The notes under the pieces are model-generated. The model saw only the letters and a list, made by a program, of their open reading frames with translations, was not told the DNA's origin and did not search any database. The position numbers and the translations under genes are program-made. A DNA stretch of 64,000 nucleotides. Source: Eledone cirrhosa. Lineage: Eukaryota. The stretch covers positions 36,394,001-36,458,000 of the forward strand of contig OZ024747.1 of the NCBI GenBank assembly GCA_964016885.1, read 5' to 3'. Positions 41,842-55,905 of this stretch are shown piece by piece (positions within the stretch are counted from its first letter, which is position 1; every line of letters begins with the position of its first letter).

Positions 41842-43099
41842 TGATTTATTAGGTCTGAAAATATGCAATGTCCTTTATTTTCATAGTTGAACTTTTTTAT
41901 GGCAGTGTATACTACGAACTTTGCTTCACAATCACGATATTCGTGGTTCTGTCCTTCAGCCTTTGTGCGTCATTGATCATATCCTATATTATAATTTGTT
42001 TAGTGAAACTATTGAATTCGACATGTTTACTAATGGCAACGCATGCATTGGGAAAGTCTTTGACAATGCTAGAAATATCTGTGACGTATTAAGTAAAAAT
42101 ATGTTGATATATTGTAGTAGTGCTATTATAACGCCCCGATGCTCGTTCAAATATATTCTGATAACTAAGGTTCATATTTATGACAAACATTAGCGTTGGT
42201 TAAATAATCTCGGGTATCACATCTATGTTTGTGAATAATAATATGGATTTTATGAAGGTATGTTTAGCGAATTTGTTAGCATATATCTTGGTTTCCAGGA
42301 AACTGATTTTTCTACATATCATTGTCAATGTTAGCTGAAGCATACGATAAGCTGAATCATATATCTTGCCCTTATAGTGTTAATCTGACATCTAAATCGA
42401 CTGGCGTAGATGCATACTGCTGGCGCATATACAATTCATACAAAGAACTATCCAATATATTTTGCATTTTACCTCACAATTCATTTCTCTAAAGGATAGA
42501 CTAACAAAGAAATGTATTGCTTTACGACCACTATATCTATTATGTATGTTTAATGTATTTCAAATAAACATGAGTGTTGGATGATACACTCTATGTAATA
42601 CAGGTGAAAGAAAAAATTATTTTATGAGCTATTGATATTTCAATCAGGGTCCCCATTTTTGTCGTGATATTCTAAATTTGGGGATAGCCTCCCACGGGTT
42701 CTCTTGTAATGTAACCATTGCACCGAAGATGCATTTCTATGTCTGTGTTAAATGCATATGCTACAAATAGCAACATCACCCACTTGGCGTTATTAAAGTG
42801 TTGAAACATAAATAAGAGTAAATCAACCTATGCGATGATTTAGAAAGTATTTTATCATTGATATCAAATAAAGTAGAAACGAAAGCGAAATTTTACGCGA
42901 TTACATCGTTAACAATATTTATCTTTTACTTCCATCAACTGCATCAAACTTTGCAGGGCAAATGAAGGACTACTCGTGTAGAATTTTGCCTGACATTTTT
43001 CTGTGTGTAAATTTTTTATACAAATTGTTGGTACCCTTGAAATATATATAATAGAATAAATATGGTTTGATAAATATAGTTTCCATTTATTAATATCAT

Positions 43100-43161
<62 letters not shown>

Positions 43162-43384
43162 ACATACATGCATACGCACACATGATGTGTACACATAAAT
43201 AGACATACACACACATACATATATACACAAATGTATACATATTTTTTATCATATTGATTCGGATTTTCGACTTCACATTTATTATTATTAACTACTACAA
43301 TTATATGCACATATATACACACATAAACATACACATACATATACATACAGGCACCGTCACACACACATATACATATACACACAT

Positions 43385-43434
<50 letters not shown>

Positions 43435-43653
43435 AATTAAGTTAAAGTGTACATCTACATATGTATACGGAAGTATTAGTATGCATATAAATACACACAT
43501 GTATACATATGTACATGTACTCAGCTTTTCACTAGACACTTTACAGTGAGTGTCAGCTAGTCTGTATGTAACCACACAGGCGGACCGGGTTTTAGAGTCA
43601 TACGAGTTTTCAAGGAAACACATTTCCTCTATTCTCCAGAGGGCCAGACAGGA

Positions 43654-43696
43654 ACATTGGACTAGTTTCGATGTTATTACATCTCATCAGCAATAT
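43654..43696 (-). ncRNA. Canonical minimal type I hammerhead ribozyme
   Basis: Mirror copy of 43906-43948. Confidence 0.9.
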
Positions 43697-43905
43697 TTAC
43701 CCATCTTCCGGCTTCTCTGGAGAATTGTAAAAGCACATATCGTTATATGCTTTTTCTATGAAAATTAGTAGTGGGTAGACTAATTTGCATAGAACGTGAG
43801 TCATTGTACGCACCGGTTCAGCGGAAACGATAAAAACAAATAACGAAACGAAATTAAATTTCGTTTCGCTTTTACAATTCTCCAGAGAAGCCGGAAGATG
43901 GGTAA

Positions 43906-43948
43906 ATATTGCTGATGAGATGTAATAACATCGAAACTAGTCCAATGT
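43906..43948 (+). ncRNA. Canonical minimal type I hammerhead ribozyme
   Basis: ATATTG-CTGATGA-GATGT-aata-ACATC-GAAAC-TA-GTC-CAATGT. Confidence 0.9.
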
Positions 43949-44234
43949 TCCTGTCTGGCCCTCTGGAGAATAGAGGAAATGTGTTTCCTTGAAAACTCGT
44001 ATGACTCTAAAACCCGGTCCGCCTGTGTGGTTACATACAGACTAGCTGACACTCACTGTAAAGTGTCTAGTGAAAAGCTGAGTACATGTACATATGTATA
44101 CATGTGTGTATTTATATGCATACTAATACTTCCGTATACATATGTAGATGTACACTTTAACTTAATTGTTTAAGCGTCAGTCATACAGAAGTGAGTTAGA
44201 AGCGAAACGAAATTTTATTTCGTTTCGTTATTTG

Positions 44235-44336
<102 letters not shown>

Positions 44337-44462
44337 TATATATACATATATTTATACATATATATACATATATATATATATATATACACTCACACAGACA
44401 TGTACATATACACACACATACACATACATACACACACGTGTATATATATTTTTTCTATTTTT

Positions 44463-45093
44463 CTAGGGCGGGTAAAATTCCCGAGATCCATGGACGAGTT
44501 CTTTCTAGTAGTCTCTGTCCCTCATTATCGCTGCCATGTCCTGCGTCTCCAACGGACCAGTGTCTGTCCTTAGGGCATCAACATACGTTAACCTTGGACT
44601 TCCACTTCCAGTGTGTCCATCTAGGGGCTCCCACAGGAGCACTGAGTGCAGTGTCAACTGTGATGTTGGTGAGCATGTCCAGCTAACCTCAGTCTTCTCT
44701 GTGTCACTTTTGAGCTGACTTTTGGGAGGCCCCCATACATCTCTGAGTGTTTCATCCACAGTGTATACTGATTAATGTTCAAGGCCATCCTCAGCATTCT
44801 CTTGTAGCACCCATCCACCATCTGAGTGAGTTTCCTGGTCAGTGTCCAAGTCTCAGACCCGTATAGCAGCACAGACACCACTACAGCAATGGCGGATTTT
44901 CAGATCTTTACGAAGGTCCGACTTCCACACCGATCTCAAGCTGTGACACGCCGCCCAGGCTTTGCCCTTCCTCTCAACCACATCATCTTCCGTATTCCCA
45001 ATCGTTGCTCCCAAATACAGGAAGTCCTCAACCAATTCTAGCGGCTTCCCGCCTACATTAATGATCCGCTCTGGCTTCTCAACATGCTCTACC
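44463..45093 (-). mobile_element. RTE-clade LINE, 5'-truncated and frameshifted
   Basis: Close nucleotide similarity to 13970-14610 with the same protein motifs. Confidence 0.92.
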
Positions 45094-45096
45094 ATA

Positions 45097-45171
<75 letters not shown>

Positions 45172-45433
45172 TTAAGGATACTATTTATGGTTATGTATAT
45201 ACTAAAACCTTTTATAGTTATATATATTTTAAACCCTAAATAGTGAAAGACAGTAATTTATTACTAGACAGTAATTTATTACTACCTTATTACCAATAAG
45301 TAAATTGTATGTAAATAGCCATGCTATATTATTATAATGGATGTCAACCCACTGGGTATCTATATATACATATGTTTCTGTATGTCTCTTGTGTTGGAAA
45401 GGAGGTCAAGTATGTAAAAAAATCATTGAAATA

Positions 45434-45482
45434 TTGCTCTGAAGAATCCAAACCTCGGTTTGGAAGAAACAATTGTAAGCAA
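45434..45482 (+). ncRNA. Type I hammerhead ribozyme
   Basis: TTGCT-CTGAAGA-A-TCCAAAC-ctcg-GTTTGGA-A-GAA-ACAATTGT-A-AGCAA, followed by AATAAA. Confidence 0.82.
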
Positions 45483-45516
45483 ATAAATGATTGAAACAGA
45501 ACTGTGATTCATGTAT

Positions 45517-45616
<100 letters not shown>

Positions 45617-45624
45617 TATATGAA

Positions 45625-46372
45625 TGGAAAAGAATGAAACGGAATTTCATTTCTCACTCTTAGTACGGCTGGTACTTAATGTAACTATGTATACGTACAT
45701 ACATATATGTATACAGACGTACAGTAGTATGTATATATATACATACATGCACACATATATATATATGTGCGTATGGGTTTACCGAATATTTATTATAATG
45801 TTCGGTTTGTTTGTAAACAAACAAACAGCCCGAATTACGCCGTACAATGTTCAAGCAACCATCGTCACATTTTTGATTCCACACTGACACAGGAACGATG
45901 CACTAGTTTCACGCTTATTAGCTATCCGCAGCATCGTATATCTTTCTGTCAGATGGTTGAACGTAAGAGTGAGAAATGAAATTCCGTTTCATTCTTTTCC
46001 ATTTATCGTTTTAGGTGCGCCTGGCCGACTAACTCACTCGATATGCAAATTAGGCTGCTCAGCCGTTAATAAGCATAAGGAAAGTATATACTTTCAGACG
46101 TTCAACCATCTGACAGGAAGGTATACGATGCTGACGATAGCTAATATGCTTGAAACTAGTACATTGTTCCTGTGTCCGTGTTGAACAAAAACATGACGTT
46201 GGTTGCCTGAACACTGTACGGCGTAATTCGGGATGTGTGTTTGTTTACAAACAAACCGAGCATTATAATAAATGTTCGGTAAACCCATACGTAGATATAT
46301 ATATGTATGCATGTATGTATATATATACATACTACTGTACGTCTGTATACATATATGTATGTACGTATACAT

Positions 46373-46380
<8 letters not shown>
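45625..46380. mobile_element. Fold-back copy of the CTGACGA-HHR repeat
   Basis: About 45683-45963 is inverted relative to about 46098-46375; 45625-45663 is inverted relative to 45963-46001. Confidence 0.85.
46126..46166 (+). ncRNA. Type I hammerhead ribozyme
   Basis: CGATG-CTGACGA-T-AGC-taatat-GCT-T-GAA-ACTAGT-A-CATTG. Confidence 0.8.
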
Positions 46381-46453
<73 letters not shown>

Positions 46454-46731
46454 GAAGTTATATTTAATTTGTTGGGATACAACAAGCAAATATTTTTATA
46501 ACTGATATAAAGCAACCAACAACAATGGAGTAAAAATACAATATATTAACAAATTTTCCCTATTCCAACGGCTTAATTTAAATGTATGGGATTTAAACCT
46601 CTCCGACACTAATTTGCATAATAGACCAATAATAAAATTAGTAACCCCACTGTCCGAGAGCTTCCAACAGACATGGTAACATTCTTTTAAGGCTATGTCA
46701 ATATTTGTTTATAAAACTGATCTATATTATA

Positions 46732-46792
46732 TTTTATCTGATGAAAGCGCACCATAATTTGCTTTGGTGTCCTTGAAATATGTATAATGAAA
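46732..46792 (+). ncRNA. Type I hammerhead ribozyme (family of 22781-22842)
   Basis: TTTTAT-CTGATGA-AAG...GCACCA/TGGTGT...CTT-GAA-ATATGTAT-A-ATGAAA. Confidence 0.75.
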
Positions 46793-46836
46793 TAAATATG
46801 GCTTTATAAATATAGTTTCCATTTGTTAATATATTG

Positions 46837-46867
<31 letters not shown>

Positions 46868-47019
46868 TGAACTACGTTATACATGTGGAAAAGACAAATA
46901 AGTAAGAAGTAATTACATAACCATAGGGCCGTGAGGCGGGTCGAGATGGGAGTAGGTGTACGGTTGAATGGAGGTGGAGCGAATATTGTGTCGAGTGGAT
47001 TTTAAAAAAAAACATATTT

Positions 47020-47362
47020 CAGCCATCTGGCTTCAACACTGGCTTAAGATATTTGAAAGTTGCAAAGCGTTTGTGCATGCAATTCGGGCAGTGTTCAGAG
47101 AGTTCATTCAGTTACGGGCACTAGGCAAATAGTATTTGTAGCTCTCTGAAATACAAAGGTCACAGCACTTATGTGTGTCCCTTGTATGGGCACGCTCTCT
47201 GGAGTATTTTCCATTTGAGCATGTAAGGGGCGGAGTTCCTCTTGAGGTCCCAAATATGGGAAGCGAGTGTTGTTTGATTGGATTTGTCCGGTCTAATGAA
47301 AGATTGGTTATGGGCATACCACCGAGTCTTAAAATTGTTGGAAGTCATTCCAATATAAGTTT
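47020..47362 (-). mobile_element. Naiad-type PLE GIY-YIG fragment, frameshifted
   Basis: TYIGMTSNNFKTRWYAHNQSF...TTLASHIWDLKRN...LKWKIL...CDLCISE...LNELSE...CMH. Confidence 0.85.
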
Positions 47363-47407
47363 ATATACACATGTGTTGTGTATGTGTGTGTGTATATGTG
47401 TGTGTGA

Positions 47408-47438
<31 letters not shown>

Positions 47439-48000
47439 ACCGCGATAATATTGCTATTTTGCTGAACTCCTTACAGTTTTTCGGAATGTTTTTGACTGCT
47501 GTTTCTTCTAAATAGACATTCGTCTCACTCTGACGTCACCAGCCATGTCTCTCCATGTGTCTTTATTTTTATAATTCCGCACGAGCTGAACTACCCTGCT
47601 TTTAAATTCCCTTTTTGGCATATTTTTGCAAGGTTTAGGGTTATCATGTTTGAGCTCTATTGAGGAACGACTCCAACCGTGACCATCCCCACTGAAAAGT
47701 TTCGTGAAATAGTCTTTTTAAGACTATATAGAGCATTTGTAGTTTTTCCAAATTGATAAATGAGTATTTAAGATTTATTTTATTCTGACTTAAGAAACTA
47801 TTGGTTTTTTCCCAGGATTTCACAAAATCTGTGAATAAAATCTGTCTTGAATTTTTTTTAATTGAGTATGAATTATTTTCCCATATCTTACGTTCATTAT
47901 TTTCCATTTTGACATTATAGTCACTTATATATTATGAAATACTGTTGGCTTCTTGTTCACAATAATTTCTATATTTTCATATATATATATATATATATAT

Positions 48001-48540
48001 ATTTATTAAAATAACAGATTAAAGTTTAAGCAAAGAATCGCTGCTTTCACCCTTAACGGGATCTTCTGAAACTAACAAAGTCAATCTGTAAACGCAGAAA
48101 TGGATATTTCAAAAAACGTTGCAACCGGAGGAAGACAGGAAGACGATACTTTGGTTCGTGGTAACGTTCGCTGGCAAAGAACGGGAAAAAACGAATAATT
48201 GTTTCTACATTTGGCACAAGGCCATCAATTATCCCAGTGCATTACTTTTAATAGGAGCGGTGAAAAACAATTACGCGCAAAGACAAAACCACGTTTATGG
48301 TATAAAAGAGGTCGTAGACTAATATTCTCTTAGGTGGTGCATAGAGACGTTCTCTGGCAATGAACGAAAAAACGAAGATAATAAGTCATATGTAGAGCGT
48401 GGAGAACAATAGCACGCAAAGACAAAACCACGTAAATGGTATAGCAGAAATCGTAGACTAAAATTATAACTAGGAGACCAAATGAATCTCCGCTACAGAG
48501 TTAAGAACAAATTAAATAAATACAATACAGAAGTAATAGA
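48001..48540 (-). mobile_element. CAGAAGA-HHR family copy containing a SINE 3' fragment (about 48196-48247)
   Basis: Reverse complement matches 2060-2575. Confidence 0.82.
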
Positions 48541-48600
48541 AACAAATAAATACATACAAACAAACAGATACGTACATACACAAGCATACGCAAAACCTTA

Positions 48601-48654
<54 letters not shown>

Positions 48655-48847
48655 GAAAATGTATGTCTGGAGTCCAGAATAGCCGTCGAAACGGCTTGAA
48701 CTCTGCCGTCGGAGTCATACATTTTCCTAAATATATATGTATATATATATATATGGGTATAAGTGTGTCTGTTTTTGCGGGTGTGTGGGAGTAAAGGCTT
48801 TGTATATATATGTGTGTTTGTGTGCATGTGCATGTAGATAAGTGACA

Positions 48848-49190
48848 ATAGGCATTGTTAGCTTAAGAGAACCTTAAAAATAGATAGCGGCACCCCCAAT
48901 TTGAACTTGTTTATAGAATTATTTCTGCCTTTGTTACTCTAAATATAGCTTTTAAAGAATTCCCTTTTCTTTAAATCCATCAACCAATGACAATCACCAC
49001 CATCTCCTACCACCAAAAAGGATATAAACACCACCATATTACTCGGACAGTCAGCTTCCTGGTGATTTCTAACGAAAGAAACAGGTCTAGTCCTGTAGAA
49101 GCTTTCATATATAAAATATATATACTCTGCTTTGTATTGAGTACCTTACTTACTGTGGTTAGCCCCGATTGAAACCGGGATAAACATTTA
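48848..49190 (+). mobile_element. ORF-less PLE-type repeat; HHR relic at 49053-49103
   Basis: AGCTTC-CTGGTGA-TTTC-taac-GAAA-GAA-ACAGGTCTAGTCCTGT-A-GAAGCT. Confidence 0.75.
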
Positions 49191-49389
49191 AATATATATA
49201 TATTGCAAAATATTCAAGACCCCGACGGCAGAGCTCAAGCCGTTTCGAAAATACATGAAAATACAAATACACACATATAAACGTATGATCTTTTGCTCAC
49301 ATATGCGCACACACAAGCGCACATTCACACATGTCCTCAGTAATAACGTATATATATATACACATATAAATCTCTTCATACATATATAC

Positions 49390-49474
<85 letters not shown>

Positions 49475-49499
49475 CACACACACATATATATATATATAC

Positions 49500-50300
49500 G
49501 ATAGTAAACAAATGGAAACTATATTTATAAAACCATATTTATTTCATTATACATATTTCAGGGATACCATATTAAAAATATGGCATGCCTTCGTCATATA
49601 AAATACAATATATAAACTGTTTTATAAATAATTTTGACGTACCATAAATATAAGCGACCATTAAGGTAGGAAGCTGGCTTGGTAGTGAGGTGTTTATAAT
49701 TATTTAGTTATAGTGTTAAGCACAGTTAGAAAGAAAGACGGAGAGAAAGAAGAAATGTATGTAAAGAAAAACAGAGAGAAATAGAGAGAAATAGGGGAGA
49801 GAGAAAGAAGGAGGAGGTGAAAAAAGAGACGCAACCGAAGTCAACAGATGAATAATAATAATTCACCATACAAATAGAGAGATTTAAGAGAGAGGGAGTA
49901 CGGTAATTATTTAGTTATAGTGTTATGCACAGTTAGAGAAGAGACTGAGAGAAAGAAAAAAATGGAGATGACGAGAAAGTATATATATAGAGAGAGAGGT
50001 GGGAGGAAAAGAAAGAGGGAGAAAAAATAATAATAATTATATAGGGGGAGGTGAAAGCCAAGAGAGAAATAAGAGAGAAACATGAGAGGTAGAGTGAAAG
50101 CGACAGATACATAAACTTCATCATATATAAAGAGAGAGGAGAAGAAAGAGCTATATCTAGAGAGCGGGATGATAGAGTTACATCTTTACGTCATTTCCTA
50201 TCAATTTGAATTATCAATTCATATGAACTGGGTAATATAATGTAAATATCAATATTCATGAATGAGACATAGATATATAATGTGTGAAAATAATTTTGCT
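49500..50300 (-). mobile_element. Diverged relative of the 21606-22980 element
   Basis: Shares the terminal segment with an HHR relic (about 49542-49603), the GA-rich body and the TGTAAATATCA...TGAATGA block. Confidence 0.65.
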
Positions 50301-51458
50301 CAATAATGACCATATGTTTAGTTTAAAACTCTGAGGTCAATGTACCAAAATCTGAGATAAATCTTCAAAAAATTACCCTATTTATAAAAATACGGAGATA
50401 TATATATGTATATATATACACACGTATATGCACTTTCTGAAAAAAGAAAAAGAGAAGGTTGTGTCAAGCTCTAGTCGATAATATAGACATACACATGACT
50501 TTACGTGATCAACTCTATAATTTCTTGTGTCATAAAAAAATTGCCTTGTGTTATAAAAAATTTCACTATATATATATACATAAAAAATAAACGATTAATA
50601 TTCATGCCCTCACACATATGATTATCGTTCATGTATATAATATTATGCATATCTGTAACATATACAGAACTATACCTACATATACATACACATATATATC
50701 TATATACAAGATATCTGCGTGAGTGTTGCAGCATCCCTATGCACACATACAGGCACATGAACAGATAAAATATACTCTGTAATCTTTCCATATGCATGAT
50801 AATACATATGGCCTTTGTATAGAGATAACCAGATATCAATATATCAGCACAGAAATATCAAAACGTTAATATATTTTCAACACACCCTAGGGTATCTCAG
50901 GCCACAAAAACAGTATGCTTCATATATTTACCACAGAAATCTATCCTTCCAATTTTTTCAGACAATATATTGCAAAGTTCTTTACAGGCAACCAGAATCA
51001 AAAAGCAAATAAAAAACCAAAAATTATTTAACAAAAATTATTTAAAGGATTTAGAAGACCCTGTGGTTCTACGGATGCTCTTATATTTAGTATATAAATT
51101 TATCTTGCGTAAAATGCATTTAATACATTGGGAGCATCTACATTTTAGAGTAGTTTAATTACATCATTTGTTTATATTTATGAAGAAGGTTTAAAAGAAA
51201 AATTTGAAGGAATCGAAAGATTTATCGTCAGGTTTCATACATTAATTAAATTTCTTAATTAATTATACTACATTTTAAATTTATATTTATATTTAAACGT
51301 TGAGTTCAATCTATGTCTGCAGAAACTGAATAAATTGCTCCTTAGATTAAGGGAATTTTTGGATTTTATAAATATATATATATTTATTAAAATAACAGAT
51401 TAAAGTTTAAGCAAAGAATCGCTGCTTTCACCCTTAACGGGATCTTCTTTATTGTTAT

Positions 51459-51563
<105 letters not shown>

Positions 51564-53237
51564 TACATACATACGCACATACACAAATACCGCTATACAT
51601 ACCCGCACAAATATATACATGTATATATTATATATATATACATATATGTGCATATATATATACATACATACACACATACATATATCTACTCATGCACATA
51701 CAAACATGTATAAACATACATACGCACATCTGCCTTTGTACGCAGGTATACACAGATATACAAAAGTTCAATCACACGTGCGCACACTTACGCTTAAGTG
51801 TGCACATACACGTAATCACACGTATAGGCATGAGACTACACAGTTGCGTAACGCATACACGGACAGAGCAGGTAACGGGACAAGGAAGCGAACCCGTTCC
51901 CGCAATGTCATATTGTATGACCCCCCCCCCCCCCCCCAACTGCATCGGAATACGCAACAACATCGCTGTCTCTTTCTTCAGGGCCTTAGATAAGCAATTC
52001 TGCAAACAGCACGGGTACCGGGCTATTTTCATCAATTGTCCTACTCCAGAACTAGAAACCTGGCACAAAATATAGAAACCTTAAACCGGAGTAGATTAAA
52101 AAACTTCAAGGACTCCGGGGGAGTCAGCAATTAAGATGCGGCACACTACACGAATGCATCTTCCTTCGATAATGAACCAGGCGGGACCACTGAATCATGC
52201 AGTAGAATCCGTTAACCCAGCCAGCAACACCTCCCCGGATTGTAATGTAGAAGCCACGGTAACTGCTCCGTGGAAGGCAAATGACATAGCAGTAGCTTAG
52301 TTTATGAATGTAGGCTGAGTACCAATAGCCACACCTTCACTAATATACGAGCTACGGCTAATAAATTTAAGGAACGCTGGTTCAACCACTTCCACACCTT
52401 TAGGGGTGCGGATAATAAAAACAGCACTGCATTCTCCTAACTGGTGTGGCGGCTCAAGCATGACAATATGGGATACACCTTGTCGTGGTCCAACTTCGCC
52501 ACAACCCAACCGTACAGGGGAGGAGGGATTGACTATGTATCACCGAAATCATGGAGATAATCAAGAGAGGGACTCAAGTTATCAATGAAAGAAGTAACCA
52601 GTTCAGCACCTGTCACCACAGATCAAATGGAACCTTCCTCAGACTCTACGGATTAGCAGCGTAGCTGTACTTGCTAGGGGCCAGTACAAAGATTATCCAT
52701 AGGAGCAGGGCGTGGTCGCACGACGACCCCAACATCGGGTGATTCCTGGTTAGCCTGTGCGCATTCTCCCCGAATCAATCTACCACCATTCCGTTATGCG
52801 CGTATAGGCTTTTATACTCGCGATATGAGAGTCCGTGTTTTATATCCCTTCGTTCCATGTTCCTTGTTCTCTGTATGTATACATGCTTTTGTATTTATTT
52901 ATCTATTGTTCCTTTTGTTCCAATGTTCTCCACATGTATACCTACATTTATATCTGTATGCAAATATGTATCAATTTTGGTTCTTCTATTCACTTCCTAT
53001 AACTCGTTTCCACAGTCTATCAGTCTCTTTTTGTCCGGGCGTTGTTGTTACCGTTGCTATTATTAATACTAATGTAGTTACAACTGACTACTATTGTGGT
53101 TACTAATTGTTATTTTTCACGGACATTATTGCTGGCTTTGTGCAAAAGGGTAGAACTGACGAATCTATTTACAGCGACCGGTACCACCAGGCCTTTTTCT
53201 GTTGCCGTCGTCCTCGTGACGGATTCACTACTGGTGT

Positions 53238-53484
53238 TGTTATTGTTGACAGTGTTGCCGCTGCTTGGCTATCGGGTAGGGATGTAGTCGCTGCCGTTAG
53301 CTAGGTATTACTATCACTGCTACTACTACTACTACTACTACTACAACGGCTAGTGTAGGTGATGTTATTGTTATTGTTGACAGTGTTGCCGCTGCTTGGC
53401 TATCGGGTAGGGATGTAGTCGCTGCCGTTAGCTAGGTATTACTATCACTGCTACTACTACTACTACTACTACAACGGCTAGTGT
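53238..53484. repeat. Tandem duplication of about 120 bp
   Basis: 53238-53356 repeats at 53369-53484, differing in (CTA)n length. Confidence 0.9.
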
Positions 53485-53487
53485 CGC

Positions 53488-53521
<34 letters not shown>

Positions 53522-53544
53522 GATGTTGTCGTTGCCGTTGTCTT

Positions 53545-54890
53545 GAAAGTCTCACATCATTATACATTTCTCGTGATTGGTGAACACAGCCACAAATATA
53601 TGGTCCGAACGTGGAAGAGCCGAACTCCCATTGTCATCGCCTCCATCTCTCTCGCCCTCCCCATCTCTCCGTATTGTGAGCAAATGGGGTCCCACGTGCT
53701 GGTCTCCCCACAGCCCCGGCGGACATAATGGAGAAGGTGTTTGCCTGGAAGATGGTAAGGGAGAGGCGATGGAAGAGCCATTCGAACTTGCGAGGCTCAC
53801 ACCTGCGGCTGGCCATCTCAGAGCCTATGGTGGTGAGTAGGGAGGTAGCCCTAGGGCGAAGGACACCAGAAGTCTCCACTGCGAAGGGCACGAGCGCAAA
53901 CCTATCGGAGAGCAACCGGTACATGGAGAGGTTGGCCTCCTCAGCCCGACGTGCAGCAGAACCTGGGTTAGTCTCAGACTGCACCAGATTTCAACTGGAG
54001 AATGTGTCGCTGCAAGTGGAATCCAAGACGAGGGGTTTACCACCAAGGAACGGGAAGAAGGGTCACCTGTACCTGGTGGAGAATGGACCGCACGTCCGAG
54101 ACGGAGGCTGCAAAGCTCTCAGCATCGGGGCTGACGTTTCCCACCTCCGACTTGGACGAATTGATCTGGAGGCCGATTCCCGCCAGGCGGGAACCATCGA
54201 TTGTAGGTCATGGCAGACAGTCTCTACGGGCCCGCCCAACGTAGCATTATCCAGATACCAAACGTTGAGAGGTGGCGTGATACTCCGGGTAATGTAGTCT
54301 ATACCAAGCGCAAACAAGAAGAGGCCCAAAGGGTCTCCCTGCTGGACCCAGGTGGCCGAAGTTATGACTGTGTCAGCAGCAAGGAGCATACTCGGGGCTC
54401 CATATTATAGGTAGGCCAGCCGGTAGACAGAGGGGGCTCGGCTGAGGCAGGCATCGAGTAGATGGTCCCGGCGCATGCAGTTAAAGGCATTCAAGCTTGA
54501 CAATGAGTTGTCTGGAGTCCCTGGATGCCGGTTTCGGTGGGCAACTGTTCAAGAACTGCCTGGTTGTATGTGCGGCCCACGCACAGCCAACGGACACGCC
54601 GACACCCAGTTGCATCGGGCTGAACTCCTCACCCAGTTCAGGTGTTATGGACCTGCAGACCACCTTGGCAGCCAGCCTCCGGAATACATTGCCCACAGCA
54701 ATGGGGCGTATGCCACCACCCTCTTTATTCTTGAGAACGGTCAGACAAGCCGAAAAAAAGAGGCCTCGGGCGTGAGAGTTCAGGGTGCCGTGGATAAGGC
54801 TATTAGTGAATGCCACAATGTGGCCAGGTCGGAGACCATCAACACCTCAGTTGCTGTTAGCTGGGAAGGACTTACCTGTCATCAAAATAA
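53545..54890 (-). mobile_element. CRE-like non-LTR retrotransposon (RT and restriction-like endonuclease), internally deleted
   Basis: GIRPIAVGNVFRRLAAK, QLGVG, VQQGDPLG, WYLDN, then GGKPLVLDSTC...VPFAVETSG...FHRLSLTIFQAN. Confidence 0.88.
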
Positions 54891-54948
54891 GTAAATCACC
54901 CTCCCTCAGTGTTTTGTATATTACTGTTGCTGTTGTTGTTGGTGTTGT

Positions 54949-54979
<31 letters not shown>

Positions 54980-55051
54980 AGTTAGGTATTGCTTTCTTTA
55001 CTACTACAACGACCAGTGTATGCGATGTGGTTACTGTTCCTGTTCTTGTGG

Positions 55052-55082
<31 letters not shown>

Positions 55083-55415
55083 CTTGAATGTAGCCGTCAT
55101 CAAAACGTTTATTTCATCCTGCCTGCTGGAATCTAGCTACGCATAGACTATCGTTTCGTAGAGCTCAACACAATACACTTGAAGGGTTATCCTTTTCATA
55201 ATTTACGACCCTAATTCCGTGTGGGTGCGTGGGTCCTGATTTCGCTAATTGACGCATGGATAGCACTTTACTCCAGAAAACACGACGGCTGGGAGAGACC
55301 TTTTAGGAACTCTCTGCTGGGCACACGTACAGAAGGACATGTTGTTCCTGCCATTCAGAACCGTTGACATAGTTATCATGAATAAATGATTTATGTAACA
55401 TCAGCATCTTTCTTA

Positions 55416-55597
55416 TGGCAGTATCGGTAGTGGGTTGGACGGAATGCTTTGCAGCATCAAGTTATGCCCCTTTACAGTCTCAGTTCAAATCCCGCCGAGG
55501 TTAATTACACCTTTCATCATTTCGGGATCGATAAAATAAGGTACCAGTAATATACTGGAATAATTGCTGGCTATGTGACAAAAATAGAAACAATTAT
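55416..55597 (+). mobile_element. tRNA-derived SINE, diverged
   Basis: A and B boxes and body match the other copies; absent from the paralogous site near 62570. Confidence 0.85.
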
Positions 55598-55684
55598 TAT
55601 ACCATAACTCCATTGTAACTACAAAGAACGAATGTTGAGAGCTTTCTCCTGCTTGCTTCTGTTTTTACCAAAACAATCTCTTCT

Positions 55685-55686
<2 letters not shown>

Positions 55687-55779
<93 letters not shown>

Positions 55780-55905
55780 CATGCACGCACACACACACAC
55801 ACACACACACACTCACTCACTCACTCACTCACTCACACACACACACTCACACACACACACAAACCCACACACAAACACACATCAAACACATACACACACA
55901 CATAT
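55687..55905. repeat. (CA)n/(CACT)n microsatellite
   Basis: Direct reading. Confidence 0.98.

Larger units (their letters stand above)
51870..55690 (+). mobile_element. Naiad-type PLE 3' part (RT thumb and GIY-YIG at 51870-52663, long 3' region) with nested insertions
   Basis: [44 protein letters not shown]...NKFKERWFNH...LVWRLK. The downstream sequence parallels 61191-62670. Confidence 0.78.

Noticed and set aside
47460-47980. Possible DNA transposon end (TGACGTCACCAGCCATG...)
   Set aside because: No partner TIR, TSD or coding evidence in the window.
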